Source: Candidatus Hydrogenedentota bacterium (GTDB taxonomy: Bacteria > Hydrogenedentota > Hydrogenedentia > Hydrogenedentales > JAEUWI01). Taken from it: a stretch of 64,000 nt of DNA. The position numbers and the translations under genes are program-made. The stretch lies in assembly GCA_034669905.1 (NCBI GenBank), contig JAXMOL010000018.1:32001-96000 (forward strand). The letters run 5' to 3'. This document shows, piece after piece, positions 10,000-20,728 of the stretch. Below the pieces are notes generated by a model. The model made no database searches. It was not told the origin of the DNA and saw only the letters and a list, made by a program, of their open reading frames with translations. The number at the start of each line of letters is the position of its first letter. Within the stretch, counting starts at the first letter, position 1.

Positions 10000-11445
10000 C
10001 TACGCAATGATTTCCTTAATTACGTGACCGTGAACATCTGTCAGGCGCCGGTCGATGCCGTTGTTTAATACGGTCAGCCGTTCGTGGTCGATGCCCAAGA
10101 GGTGGAGCACGGTGGCGTGGAGGTCGTAGCCGTAGGTCACGTCTTCCTGGGCCTTGTAAGACCACTCATCACTGGCCCCGTGGACCGCCCCGCCCTTGAT
10201 GCCGCCGCCCGCGAGCCACGAAGTAAAGGTGAAGGGGTTGTGGTCCCGGCCTGCACTACCCTGACTGCAGGGCATGCGTCCGAATTCGGTGGTCCAGATG
10301 ACGATGGTGTCGTCGAGCATGCCCCGTGATTTCAGATCCTTGAGCAAGGCCGCAGCAGGACGGTCCATGCTGGCCGCCATTTCGCCGTGATCCTTTTCGA
10401 GGTCTTCATGGGAATCCCAGTTGCGCCGCGGGAAGGCGTTGTCGGCACCACTCCATACCTGGACAAAACGGGTGCCCCGTTCAAGGAGACGCCGGGCCAC
10501 CAGACAGTTGCGGCCGAAATCCTCGGTCACAGGATTGTCGAGGCCATAGAGTTTCTTCGTGGCGTCCGTTTCCCCTTTCAGATCGAGTACTTCCGGGGCG
10601 GTGACCTGTAGGCGGGCAGCGAGTTCGTAGCTCTGAATCCGTGCGTCCAGCCGTGAATCCCCTTCCCGTTCGGCCATGTGCATCTTGTTCAGCGCCGCCA
10701 ATACGTCCAGGCCCTTCGCGTCGTTTTCTGGTGTAACGTATTCGTCCGCGGGGGGGAAGAGGTCGGCGATGGGATTCTTCTTAGCGGGGTGAATCAACGT
10801 GCCCTGGTGATTGGAGGGCAGGAAACCGGGCCCCCAGTTTTTCGGGCCGCCGGGACCAAAGCCACGGGCGTCGGGCAAGACCACGAAGGTGGGGAGGTTG
10901 TCCGTCTCGCTGCCCAGGCCATAACTGATCCAGGAGCCGATGCTCGGAAATCCAGGTAAGAGGAAACCCGTGGTCTGCATGAAGGTGGCGGGACCGTGGA
11001 CGTTGGACTTGGCGACCATGGCGGGCAGAAAGGCCATGTCGTCCACACAATCGGCCAGGTGGGGGACCAGGCCACTCATCCACTTGCCACTTTCGCCATA
11101 TTGCTTCCATTCCCACGGCGACGGCATGACGACGCCCGCTTCACTCTGGAAGAGTTCCACCTTGCCGCCCGGGTCGAAGGGCTCTCCCGCGCGCTTGATG
11201 AGTTCGGGTTTGTAGTCGAACGTGTCACACTGGCTTGCCGCGCCCGACATGAAGAGCTGGATGACCCGCTTGGCCTTCGGGGCGTGATGAAGGCCATCCG
11301 GAAAGGCGGGTGTGGCGCTGGCCAGCCTGCCCTCCCGATTGAGGAGATGGGCGAGGGCAATGCCGCCGAGACCGCCGCCGGAATGCCATAAAAATTCCCG
11401 GCGGCTCATGGGGCGGGTGGGGCGATGTTGTGATTTGCATTTCAT
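10000..11445 (-). CDS. DUF1501 domain protein (Tat-like RR leader)
   Basis: MSRREFL, KAKRVIQLFMSGAASQCDTFDYKP, WTTEFGRMP, GRDHNP, RRLTDVHGHVI. Confidence 0.9.
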   Translation of the reverse strand: MKCKSQHRPTRPMSRREFLWHSGGGLGGIALAHLLNREGRLASATPAFPDGLHHAPKAKRVIQLFMSGAASQCDTFDYKPELIKRAGEPFDPGGKVELFQSEAGVVMPSPWEWKQYGESGKWMSGLVPHLADCVDDMAFLPAMVAKSNVHGPATFMQTTGFLLPGFPSIGSWISYGLGSETDNLPTFVVLPDARGFGPGGPKNWGPGFLPSNHQGTLIHPAKKNPIADLFPPADEYVTPENDAKGLDVLAALNKMHMAEREGDSRLDARIQSYELAARLQVTAPEVLDLKGETDATKKLYGLDNPVTEDFGRNCLVARRLLERGTRFVQVWSGADNAFPRRNWDSHEDLEKDHGEMAASMDRPAAALLKDLKSRGMLDDTIVIWTTEFGRMPCSQGSAGRDHNPFTFTSWLAGGGIKGGAVHGASDEWSYKAQEDVTYGYDLHATVLHLLGIDHERLTVLNNGIDRRLTDVHGHVIKEIIA

Positions 11446-11503
11446 ACTATTGAAATCTCACGTTGTTAGGGTAAAGTCGGGGGGGCGCCTGTAAAAAATC
11501 TTT

Positions 11504-11631
11504 CACCACGAAGTACACGAAGGAGGAGAGAGGGCGATAAGACCATATCTCTGCCATGAGATTGCAGGTGTTCGTTTATTCTAAACGGATTTTCTCTTTC
11601 CTTCATTTCTTTCTTCGTGTTCTTCGTGGTG
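11504..11631. repeat. REP-like inverted repeat pair (CACCACGAAG.ACACGAAG)
   Basis: 11504-11522 CACCACGAAGTACACGAAG vs 11613-11631 CTTCGTGTTCTTCGTGGTG: 18/19 reverse-complement match. Confidence 0.7.
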
Positions 11632-11642
11632 CAGTCTCTCTT

Positions 11643-14600
11643 TTAATCCACAAACACGAACTCGTTACTATTCAATATCAACCGACACGTCGCTGCCATC
11701 CCATATTCCTCCGCGTAAGGTACCAGCGTAGACAATTCGTCTTTCGTCGGGGCGCGGTTGAGGGCGAGTTGGAAGCTTTTCTGAATCTGTTTCGGTACGG
11801 TGTGGGCTTCTTTCGCAACGCGCTCGGCAAAGAAGGCCGCCTGCCGTACCGTGGTCGGATTGTTCATCAGGGCCAGCGCCTGGATCGCCGTCAGGGTTTC
11901 ATTCCGAACAGGAACGCTCTGGGACGGGTCCGCGCAATCCATACTCGCCATGAAGGGATCGGGCACGCTCCGCACCACGAAGCGGTAGATGGAGCGGCGA
12001 AAGCCTGCGGGATCGGCGGGGTCGTATTCCGCATACTTGTAGCGCGGCGAATGGTCATCCTCGAAGACGAACAAGTCCACGCCCGGTCCACCCATGGCGA
12101 GATCAAGCTTGCCACTCACCGCGAGGATGGCGTCGCGCAACGCCTCGGCCTCCAACTGGTGCCGGTTCATCTTCCAGAGATACTGGTTGCCTCCGTCGAT
12201 GGTGGCAAAAGCTTCATTAAAGAGGGCCGCCTGGCGGTAGGTCGCGCTGGTCACGATTTCACGGTGCAGCCACTTGAGGGACTGACCATTTTCCAGGAAG
12301 GCCGTCGCGAGCCAGTCGAGGAGTTCGGGGTGGGTCGGCGGTGCGCCCATGCGACCGAAGTCATTGGGCGTGCTCACGATGCCCTGACCAAAGTGATAGT
12401 GCCAGACCCGATTCACGATGGAGCGCCAGGTCAGGGCGTTCTCTTCCCGGGTAAGCCAGGTGGCCAGGGCGGCGCGACGTGCCGATTCCTCATGGCCTTC
12501 CGGCAACTCAAAGCGACTTTCCATGCCGGGCAAACAGCCCACAGTGCCGGGGGACATGAGGGGGCCGGGAGTCTTTTCGCTACCCCGCTCCAGCAGGGGA
12601 ATGGGGCGTATCTTTCCGGGCGGCGCAAAGTTTCCGATGCGGGCGTACTGGTCGGTGGCCGCATAGACTTTCTTCGGTTCGGGCAGGGCCTCCCAGGCGG
12701 CGTTGGCCTGATTGAGTGCCACCGTGTTTTCCCGATACGCCTTTCGTTCGCCTTCCGGAAGCATATTCATTTTGATGGCGTCGCGTTCTTTTTTCAGGAC
12801 CGCCACCATGGCCTGGAAGGACTCACCGAGGGTTTTCTTAGGATCCCCGTCGGAGATCGCCCCGATGCGATGGTGACTGTCAAAACCATCTACCAGGTTC
12901 TTCGTGTGCCACCGGCCCCGGTCGATGCTGTCCATCGCGGTGACGGCCCCATCCCGGGCCACGTTTTTTCCGCCGCTGTAGACTTCCATCTCGGCGAGGG
13001 CGAAGACATAGTCATTCACCCGTTTCCAGAGCCGCGTGGCGGTCATGCGCACATAGCGGGCCTCCACCTGGGCGCCGTCTATGGTGAACGGTCGGTCGGT
13101 CCGGGCCGGATGATCTTCCTGGGTCTGATCCAAGAGGATTGTCGGGTTGCTGAAATCTTCCGTTAAGGATGTTTCCACCTTGAATCGAATCGGGAAGCCA
13201 AATCCTGGCGTGTCCGTGAAATCTACCGGACGGGCCGAAATCAGACGAATGCGCTCCAGCGGCATGGCCTGTCCCAAATCAACCTGTACCCACTTGGTAC
13301 GGTCCGGTTCCGATTCGATGGCGCTATGGTAGCCGTTCGTCGGACTGCCTTTCTGGCCAAGTTGCTTCAGCCGGGCTTCCAGCGGCTTCAATCCTTCCTC
13401 GATGGCCTCAAGTTCGGGCGAGGTCAAGGCCGCCAACTGCTCGCGGTAGCGTTCATCGATTGCGCTGAGGCGTTCCCGTTCCTTAATCAGCGACTGGCGT
13501 TGCTTGTGGACCTCCGGGTCTTCGTCGTAGAAACGGTCGGCACGGTCGATGCCAGCGAAGACGGCCTGAAGGCTGTAGTAGTCCGATTGCTTGATGGGGT
13601 CGAACTTGTGATCGTGGCACCGCGCGCAGCCCACGGTAAGACTGTTCACCGTGGCCATAACCGTGCTCACCATGTCGTCCCGGTCCAGGTTTCGGGCTAT
13701 CTTCTTGTCCAGGGTGCCTTCGCGCAGCTCCACATGGCCCACAAAATCCCAAGGGCCTGCGGCGAGGAAACCGAGTGCGACGGTGGCCTGCGGCTCATCC
13801 GGGAAGAGGGTGTCCCCGGCGATTTGCTCACGAATGAATCGACCGTACGGTTTATCTTCGTTGAGGGCGTTGATGACATAGTCACGGTAGGGCCAGGCAT
13901 TGTCCCGGCGCTTGTCCTTGTCGTAGCCGTGGGTATCACCATAGTGGACCACATCGAGCCAGTGCCGCGCCCACCGTTCGCCATAGCGGGGGGAGGCCAG
14001 CAGGCGGTTTACAAGCTGTTCGTAGGCGTCGGGCCGTTCATCCGCCAGAAAGTCAGCCACTTCCTCTGGAGTAGGGGGCAGGCCCGTGAGGTCGAAAGTG
14101 ACTCGGCGTATCAAGGTGCGCCGATCCGCTTCGGGCGCCGGTTCGAGGCCCCGGGCTTGTTGGGCCCGTCGAATAAATCGGTCAATAGCGTTACGGGACC
14201 AGGTGTCAGTCTGCGTTTCGGGTACCGGTGGTTTCGCAAGGGGTTCGAAGGCCCAATGTCCCTGCCAGGTGGCGCCCTCTTCAATCCAACGGGTAAGCAG
14301 GGTCTTTTCTTCGGGAGTCAGTTGCTTCACGCTCTCGGTGGGAGGCATCTGCTCGTCGACATCACTCGTCGTGATGCGGGTGTGGAGCGCGCTCTTCAGC
14401 ACGTCTCCCGGCACCACCGCGACGTTTCCCGATTTCAACGCCGCAAAAAGACCTTCTTTCGTATCCAGTCGTAGGCCTGCTTTACGCTCTTCGGGGTCTG
14501 GCCCGTGGCAGGTAAAACATTTTGATGATAAAACAGGGAGGACGTCCTGCGAATAACTGACAGGTCCCTCGTTGGCCCCGGCCCCGGCGCTCCAGAGGCC

Positions 14601-14648
14601 GCCTAGTACGGCCACAGCCGACAAACGATATAGTATGCGAGTAATCAG
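11643..14648 (-). CDS. Planctomycete cytochrome c + DUF1549 (PSCyt2) + F5/8-type (discoidin) insert + DUF1553 (PSD1) protein
   Basis: CFTCHG and CARCHDHKFDPI heme-type motifs, YGERWARHWLD, WVQVDLG/ARYVRMTA discoidin motif, VNRVWHYHFGQGIV, final ILNSNEFVFVD. Start is TTG 14624 or CTG 14648. Confidence 0.88.
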   Translation of the reverse strand: MITRILYRLSAVAVLGGLWSAGAGANEGPVSYSQDVLPVLSSKCFTCHGPDPEERKAGLRLDTKEGLFAALKSGNVAVVPGDVLKSALHTRITTSDVDEQMPPTESVKQLTPEEKTLLTRWIEEGATWQGHWAFEPLAKPPVPETQTDTWSRNAIDRFIRRAQQARGLEPAPEADRRTLIRRVTFDLTGLPPTPEEVADFLADERPDAYEQLVNRLLASPRYGERWARHWLDVVHYGDTHGYDKDKRRDNAWPYRDYVINALNEDKPYGRFIREQIAGDTLFPDEPQATVALGFLAAGPWDFVGHVELREGTLDKKIARNLDRDDMVSTVMATVNSLTVGCARCHDHKFDPIKQSDYYSLQAVFAGIDRADRFYDEDPEVHKQRQSLIKERERLSAIDERYREQLAALTSPELEAIEEGLKPLEARLKQLGQKGSPTNGYHSAIESEPDRTKWVQVDLGQAMPLERIRLISARPVDFTDTPGFGFPIRFKVETSLTEDFSNPTILLDQTQEDHPARTDRPFTIDGAQVEARYVRMTATRLWKRVNDYVFALAEMEVYSGGKNVARDGAVTAMDSIDRGRWHTKNLVDGFDSHHRIGAISDGDPKKTLGESFQAMVAVLKKERDAIKMNMLPEGERKAYRENTVALNQANAAWEALPEPKKVYAATDQYARIGNFAPPGKIRPIPLLERGSEKTPGPLMSPGTVGCLPGMESRFELPEGHEESARRAALATWLTREENALTWRSIVNRVWHYHFGQGIVSTPNDFGRMGAPPTHPELLDWLATAFLENGQSLKWLHREIVTSATYRQAALFNEAFATIDGGNQYLWKMNRHQLEAEALRDAILAVSGKLDLAMGGPGVDLFVFEDDHSPRYKYAEYDPADPAGFRRSIYRFVVRSVPDPFMASMDCADPSQSVPVRNETLTAIQALALMNNPTTVRQAAFFAERVAKEAHTVPKQIQKSFQLALNRAPTKDELSTLVPYAEEYGMAATCRLILNSNEFVFVD

Positions 14649-14867
14649 TGTACAAACTCCCGACGTTTAAGCTACCCCCCAATATACACCGGGCGCGGTG
14701 AGGGTTCAAAAGGGATCTGCCGCAAATGTTGGTAACGAAAGTGGGGGGGGCGGTGGAAGTGGCGCCCAAGCCACAGTTTGTCCTGTACGAGGGGCTCGGG
14801 CTACCATGGCGGACAGGAGTGGCGGTCACGAAGCACCAATCACGTCGCGCAAACGGGAGCCCATTAA

Positions 14868-17800
14868 ATGTTACGGATCATTCTGCTCATCGCACTGGGC
14901 CTGTGCCCACTCAATCTGGCTTTCGGCGAATATACCACCGGCGCCGAGCGTCTCGAGTCCGAGCATGAGCTCTCCATGGAATACGAAACGCCCCACACCC
15001 AATGGGCCAAGCCCTATGCCCAGGGCACGACGCGGGTGCTCTTCATTGCACCCTACTACCAGGGCAGCACCGAAGGCCGTGAGATCATCGAGCTCATGCA
15101 GCGCTTCGATCTGGAGGCGGATGTGGCCTATTTTCAGCGGGGCCCCAACCGCCTGCTGGGCGATGGTAATACCCGGTGGTATGTCACCGATGCTGTCGGG
15201 ACCGAGCGGGTGCTGCGCTTGTTGGAAAAGCCCTACGAGGTCATCTTCCTGAATCAGGTGGCGTTGACCGAGTTGAACGATCTGGTTAAAGCTGCATTGA
15301 CGAAGGCGGTGGAACAGGGCACCGGACTGGTCTATGTCGGTAAGGAAGAGGTGTGGGCTCCCGGGACGCTCGCTCCGGTGGACCATGGGATCGCCGTGCG
15401 CGATGCGCAGACATTTGCCACCTGCGGAAGCGGCCGTGTGGTGCATCTGGCGCCACGCGAAAAGATAGACTTTGAGTATGGCTGGGAACGGGCCGTAGAT
15501 CGGGCCATGGAGCAACATGGACGGGCTCTCCTTTGGGCCGCCGACCGATATCCGGATGCCCAACTTCAATTCGTGCGATTGGATCCGACGGAGGCCGCGA
15601 AAGCGCTATTGCACACCGGCCAAGGACAGCGCCTCCCGGAGGTCCTGCTGAGTCTTTCCTGGTCAGACGTGCCCGATGGTAGTCGATTGGTGGTGAAGAT
15701 ACGTGATGCAACGGGTGTGGTCGACGAGTGGGTCGAACAGCGTGTTTCGGCGTCTGGCGACCTTTCCCTGCCTCACCCCCAATCCTTTGCGCGGGACCAC
15801 TACATTGATGCGACCCTTTGGCGAGACGGTAAAATAGAAGCCTGGGCGTCGTTCGATCTTCCCGCAGTGCCGGGACGTATTCAGGGAAACCTGACCCTGA
15901 CGGCAGACGCCGTGGAATTGGGCGGTAACGTCGCGGGGGCCTTCCAAGTCTCGGAGGTGGGGCCGGGTGGCCGACTTCAGCTTCGTTTGTTGGACCGTGA
16001 AAACCGTAGCATTTCGGAGCAGTTTTTCACCGTGGCCCGAGAGGAATCTATTCCCTTCTCGTTCGAGGTGAAGCCCTGGTTTCCCATGTTGCTGTGGGTC
16101 GAGGCAATCGTATATCACGGAGACGCTGAGGAGCAGGTACTTCGAGTGCCCGTCCGCATTACCCAGCGCAAGCAAGACCAGTTCAACCTCATCATGTGGA
16201 ACGTGCCCACCGGCGATCTTGCCCCTTACGGCATCGAGCGCATGGCCCAGCTCGGCGTGACCTCCATCCTTCAGGGTGGCCCGCCACCCCTTGCCCTGTC
16301 GGCCAGCAACCTCACCTATGTACCCTACGTGACCAGCTTTCGCGCCAGCAGCCACACCGTCACGGCCATGCTCGATGACGAAGGCATTCTAAAGACCGGC
16401 TGTGTCCACGATGAGGAGGCCATGGCAAAACACGTGGCGGAGGTCGTGGCCCGCGCCCGGGAAGCCCGGGAACATGGCACCTACGTCTACTCTCTCGGTG
16501 ACGAAAACGCCGTGCGGGCCTCCTGTCTCGGCCCCCATTGTCTCACTGCCTATCGTGGATACCTTCAGCATATCTATGGCGACATCAAGGCCCTCAACGC
16601 TTCCTGGGATTCAGACTTCGGCAGCTTCGACGACATCACCCTTATGGCCGACACGCCCCTGCCTGCTGAGGATGCGCCCCGGTGGTTCAAGGAATACTTC
16701 GCCCAGCGCACCCTCAAAAACCAGACCGACTCGGAGACTTCCGGCGAAGAACAGATTCGTATGGGCGACATCAACGATGAGATTCGCGCGCTGCAGGAAG
16801 AAAACTATGCCCGCTGGTATGACCGCCAGGCCTTCCAAAGTTGGACCTACGTCCAGTGGTGCAAACGCTTCATCAAGGCCTTCCGGGAAATCGATCCCCA
16901 TTCCCTTACAGGCTTCGAGGGCACGGACAGCTTTTCGATTCGGCGACTGACTACCCGCTCCCGCCAGGGTGGCGACCTCGACCTCTTCATGCGGGAAATG
17001 GAGTACTTCGGGCCCTACCGTGGCCCCGCCAACGAAGTGACCCGCTCTCTCGCCAAGCCGGGCTTTCCCGCGGGCAACTGGATTGGCTACAGTCGGGACC
17101 CCGACGTCCTCCTGATGAATTACTGGAAACAGGTCCTGGACAATATGTGCGCCGTCCAGTGGTGGCGCTGGGACAACATGGGGGAAGAGTACCAGCCCTT
17201 TCTTGCGCCCACCCTGTCGCCCATTGGCGCGGGGAAGGAGTTCATGGAAGACACCCGCGTCATTCGTGAGGGCCTCGGCGATCTTCTCATGCACTACACC
17301 ATGGAGACCCACCAAATCGCCATGCTCTACAGCATGCCCTCCACCCACATCGCCCACTTCGATGGTAACCGGAGCTACGGAAACCTCAGTCGGGACCATG
17401 ACCGCTGGCACGAGGCCATCCATAACGCGGGGCTCCAGTTCGACTACGTGACTGACCGCCAACTACGTCTTGGCGAGTTTGATGCCTCGAAATACAAGGT
17501 CCTTATTTTGGCCGAAGCCTTCGCCCTCGGTGAAAAAGAAGCGGCGGTCATCCGCGACTTCGTGGCGAAGGGCGGCACGGTCATTGCCGACGTGCGCCCC
17601 GGTATCTACTCGGATCGCTGCAAGCCCTATGAGGCCGGCATCCTCGACGCGCTCTTCGGCGTCAAGCGCACCGGGAAGCAGGACGCCATGGCCATCGACC
17701 GAATGCGTATCCAAGGTTCCCTTAACGATACGGATGTGTATATGGAGTGGGGGAACTGGTATGGCAAAAACGTCTACCCCCAGATGCACGTGGACCCGAC

Positions 17801-18641
17801 GGTCGCGCTTAGCACCGGCGAAGCCCTGGGCTGGGCCTTTCCCATTCACTACCACGGCGGACTCAAGCACCCCGCGGGGATCGTGAACGCCCACGGCAAG
17901 GGCAAGGCAATCCTGCTGAATTTCTCGGTGTATCAGGCTCCCTTTGATTCCCTCCTGCGGGAACTCCTCGCGGCCAGTGGCGTCCGCCCGACCATCCAGG
18001 TTCGCGACAGGGAAACGGTGGCGTTGGCATCGCCCCAATTTGCCGGTAGAAACGATGGCGAAGTAGAGGTTGCGACGCCTGTTTTCAGCGCGGACGAAGC
18101 CGCCCAGCATCCCTCCGGCGTGGAAGTGACCCTGTGGCGTGACGGTGACACCGAACTCCTCGCCCTACTCAGCGAACACACGGGCGACGTCACCGTAACC
18201 CTGCCTGAAGGGCGCTACGTCTACGACATCAAAGCGAACAAGCATATGGGCTTGACCGAGACCTTCACTGTACCTCTGCAGAAATCGCGGGCTCGTTTGT
18301 ATGCCCTGCTACCGGAAGCCGTAACGGATGTGGTCATAGATTTTTCGGTGCCGAAGGATGAGGGCGGCATGACGAGAAAGGTGGGTATTTCGGTGCCCGA
18401 CATGTCCGGTGCAGGCGTGGTGCAGCTCACCCTCCGCCAACCCGATGGAAGCCCCGCTCCCTGGATGCCGAATCGTGTGTTGACCGAAAATGGCGTGGGT
18501 ACGGTGACCATTCCCTTCGGGATAAACCCGGCGAAAGGCACCTGGGTCCTCGAGACGACTGATCTCCTCTCGGGCGTGACGGCGACCAGAAAGATTGACT
18601 TGGAGGATGTAGCGTCGGGTGGTGCCTCGGGGCCGAACTAG
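14868..18641 (+). CDS. Large secreted GH42-like / beta-galactosidase trimerisation-domain protein
   Basis: Signal peptide; LGDE, YRGYLQHIYGDIKALNASW, WYDRQAF, YKVLIL...FVAKGGTVIAD...LDALFGV trimerisation-type domain. Confidence 0.65.
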   Translation: MLRIILLIALGLCPLNLAFGEYTTGAERLESEHELSMEYETPHTQWAKPYAQGTTRVLFIAPYYQGSTEGREIIELMQRFDLEADVAYFQRGPNRLLGDGNTRWYVTDAVGTERVLRLLEKPYEVIFLNQVALTELNDLVKAALTKAVEQGTGLVYVGKEEVWAPGTLAPVDHGIAVRDAQTFATCGSGRVVHLAPREKIDFEYGWERAVDRAMEQHGRALLWAADRYPDAQLQFVRLDPTEAAKALLHTGQGQRLPEVLLSLSWSDVPDGSRLVVKIRDATGVVDEWVEQRVSASGDLSLPHPQSFARDHYIDATLWRDGKIEAWASFDLPAVPGRIQGNLTLTADAVELGGNVAGAFQVSEVGPGGRLQLRLLDRENRSISEQFFTVAREESIPFSFEVKPWFPMLLWVEAIVYHGDAEEQVLRVPVRITQRKQDQFNLIMWNVPTGDLAPYGIERMAQLGVTSILQGGPPPLALSASNLTYVPYVTSFRASSHTVTAMLDDEGILKTGCVHDEEAMAKHVAEVVARAREAREHGTYVYSLGDENAVRASCLGPHCLTAYRGYLQHIYGDIKALNASWDSDFGSFDDITLMADTPLPAEDAPRWFKEYFAQRTLKNQTDSETSGEEQIRMGDINDEIRALQEENYARWYDRQAFQSWTYVQWCKRFIKAFREIDPHSLTGFEGTDSFSIRRLTTRSRQGGDLDLFMREMEYFGPYRGPANEVTRSLAKPGFPAGNWIGYSRDPDVLLMNYWKQVLDNMCAVQWWRWDNMGEEYQPFLAPTLSPIGAGKEFMEDTRVIREGLGDLLMHYTMETHQIAMLYSMPSTHIAHFDGNRSYGNLSRDHDRWHEAIHNAGLQFDYVTDRQLRLGEFDASKYKVLILAEAFALGEKEAAVIRDFVAKGGTVIADVRPGIYSDRCKPYEAGILDALFGVKRTGKQDAMAIDRMRIQGSLNDTDVYMEWGNWYGKNVYPQMHVDPTVALSTGEALGWAFPIHYHGGLKHPAGIVNAHGKGKAILLNFSVYQAPFDSLLRELLAASGVRPTIQVRDRETVALASPQFAGRNDGEVEVATPVFSADEAAQHPSGVEVTLWRDGDTELLALLSEHTGDVTVTLPEGRYVYDIKANKHMGLTETFTVPLQKSRARLYALLPEAVTDVVIDFSVPKDEGGMTRKVGISVPDMSGAGVVQLTLRQPDGSPAPWMPNRVLTENGVGTVTIPFGINPAKGTWVLETTDLLSGVTATRKIDLEDVASGGASGPN

Positions 18642-18729
18642 ATTGCATGGGTCTCTTGGGTCCACCTCGTCCACTCGGCCCACCGCCTCAGAGAGGGCGA
18701 CGCCTCCGATGGACACCGTGCCCCGTGTG

Positions 18730-20283
18730 CTATTCCGTAGGCCGGGCCACACTCCGGCCCTCCGATTGATAACGTGCCAGCAACGCAGCCAGCCGTGTGA
18801 CGATCTCCGGGTGTTCGGCCTGCAGGTTTTTCGTTTCGCCCACATCCTCGGCCAGATTGTAGAGCTGGACCTGCGGGTCGTCCTTCGTGCCTTTGTCCAT
18901 CCAGCCCCCCGAGCCGGGGCCGTCGATGAGTTTCCAGTCGCCCTGTCGGATGGCGAAAACGCCATCGTAAGAATGGTGAACCGTGGCTTCCCGCACGGGC
19001 GTGCTGCCCTTCTCACCCCGTAATAGGGGGAGGAGGTCGTAGCTGTCTCGCGCGGCATCGTCGGTCAGGGGGGCGCCCGTAATGGCGGCGCAGGTCGCCA
19101 TGAAATCGGACAGGCAGACCACTTCATCCGATACGCCTGGCTGAACCGCGCCTGGCCAGCGGACAATCAACGGGACGCGATGGCCCCCTTCCCAGGCGTC
19201 TGTCTTGATACCCCGATAGATGTGGCTGGGATTGTGCCCATAGGCGCGGACGGAGTTGGGCTTACCCGCCATGTTTTCCCCATCGCGCCCGGGCGACCCG
19301 TTGTCGCTGGTGAAAATAAGGAGGGTGTTTTCGGCCTGTCCTGAGGCGGCGAGGGCGGCCATTACTTCACCCACAAACCAATCCACTTCATTAACGAAGT
19401 CGCCGTAGCGGTAGGCGTTGCTCTTTCCGATGAATTCTTCCGCCGGCGCGATGGGGGTGTGGGGTGCGGTCAAGGGAAGATACAGGAAAAACGGCGCCTC
19501 TCCTTGTTTCTTGAACGGGGTTATGCCCGGCGCAGCCTTGATGTATTCGACGGCCTTCCGGGCCAGTGCCGGCATGACGGCGGTGAGATCCCAGCCTTCC
19601 ACCATGGGCCCGGCGGTGCCAAACATATCGTCGGGCTTCCGCGATTCGGGCAGGGTTAGAACCCGGTCGTTCTCAATAAAACAATAGGGCGCAAAATTGG
19701 GCACGTCATCCCCGAAATAGTAGTCGAAGCCCCGGGCTGTCGGTCCGCCGGAAATCGGCTTTGAAAAATCGACCTTGTCGCCCCAGGGGTCCCGGACTTT
19801 TGAGTCCCATTTGCCCAGCGGTATCACATCGTTAATCTTGCTCCCGTCCGTCGTGGCCCAGTCCCAGCCAAGGTGCCACTTCCCGATGCACGCCGTGCTG
19901 TAGCCCGCCTCCGAAAGCATCCCGGGCAGGGTCAGCGTATCTTCGGCAATGAGCGGGGCGTCCCAGGGCCACAGGACACTACTCTTCAAGGCCGTGCGCC
20001 ACGCATAGGTGCCCGTGAGCAAGCTGTAGCGGGTCGGGGTGCAGACCGCACTCGGCGAGTGGGCATCGGTGAATCGCAGGCCCTCAGACGCCAGTTGGTC
20101 CAGGTGAGGCGTGGGAATTCTGGAGTCGGGATTCTGACAGGCTACGTCACCAAAGCCCATATCGTCCGCCAGGATGATGATGATGTTCGGGCGCTCGGTC
20201 GCATACGAGTGGATTGTCAGGAACAGCGCAACGACACCAACAAGGTGTATTCCAATCACGCGCAAGGGGCGGGGGTGGCACAT
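18730..20283 (-). CDS. Arylsulfatase A-like sulfatase
   Basis: PNIIIILADDMG, FGly motif CTPTRYSLLTG, GKWHLG, FTSDNG, WEGGHRVP. Confidence 0.92.
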   Translation of the reverse strand: MCHPRPLRVIGIHLVGVVALFLTIHSYATERPNIIIILADDMGFGDVACQNPDSRIPTPHLDQLASEGLRFTDAHSPSAVCTPTRYSLLTGTYAWRTALKSSVLWPWDAPLIAEDTLTLPGMLSEAGYSTACIGKWHLGWDWATTDGSKINDVIPLGKWDSKVRDPWGDKVDFSKPISGGPTARGFDYYFGDDVPNFAPYCFIENDRVLTLPESRKPDDMFGTAGPMVEGWDLTAVMPALARKAVEYIKAAPGITPFKKQGEAPFFLYLPLTAPHTPIAPAEEFIGKSNAYRYGDFVNEVDWFVGEVMAALAASGQAENTLLIFTSDNGSPGRDGENMAGKPNSVRAYGHNPSHIYRGIKTDAWEGGHRVPLIVRWPGAVQPGVSDEVVCLSDFMATCAAITGAPLTDDAARDSYDLLPLLRGEKGSTPVREATVHHSYDGVFAIRQGDWKLIDGPGSGGWMDKGTKDDPQVQLYNLAEDVGETKNLQAEHPEIVTRLAALLARYQSEGRSVARPTE

Positions 20284-20442
20284 CGCTATCAGCCTCCGTG
20301 TTGGCCTGTGGTTTCTGAAACAGCCTAACCGTTGGGCAAGAATACTTCAATGTCATCATGGCGCCGAATCTCGTAGACCAAAGCCGCTTGCGTGCATTGA
20401 AAAGGGATTGCTCTTTTGGAATGTCGGAAGGATTAGTCGTTT

Positions 20443-20634
20443 AATCACGAATAGACACGACTTCAGTAGACTACGACGTTGCGTAGCACGTGGAATATCT
20501 TCTTACGCCGTAGCATCTGATAGCTTCGCCTTCATCCGTGGTCAGACTATTCGTGATGTGAGTCAGGACTGCCACGGGAGCACACCGCTGTTTGGGCAGT
20601 TCAAATTCGTGTTAATTTGTGTCCATTCGTGGTT
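20443..20634. repeat. Degenerate REP-like inverted repeat pair (AA.CACGAAT.GACAC)
   Basis: 20443-20460 AATCACGAATAGACACGA vs 20617-20634 TTGTGTCCATTCGTGGTT: 15/18 reverse-complement match. Confidence 0.55.
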
Positions 20635-20671
20635 CAAGAAAAGGACGCTACGAAGCGGTCCTGCAGGCAGC

Positions 20672-20706
20672 AAAAAAAAGCCAGCCCGTGTTAGCACCGG
20701 CTGGCT
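20672..20706 (-). terminator. Intrinsic terminator after the DUF1080 gene
   Basis: AGCCAGCCGGTG-CTAA-CACGGGCTGGCT followed by a T-run on the minus strand. Confidence 0.8.
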
Positions 20707-20728
20707 CCAAAAATTCTATCGCGTCCCG

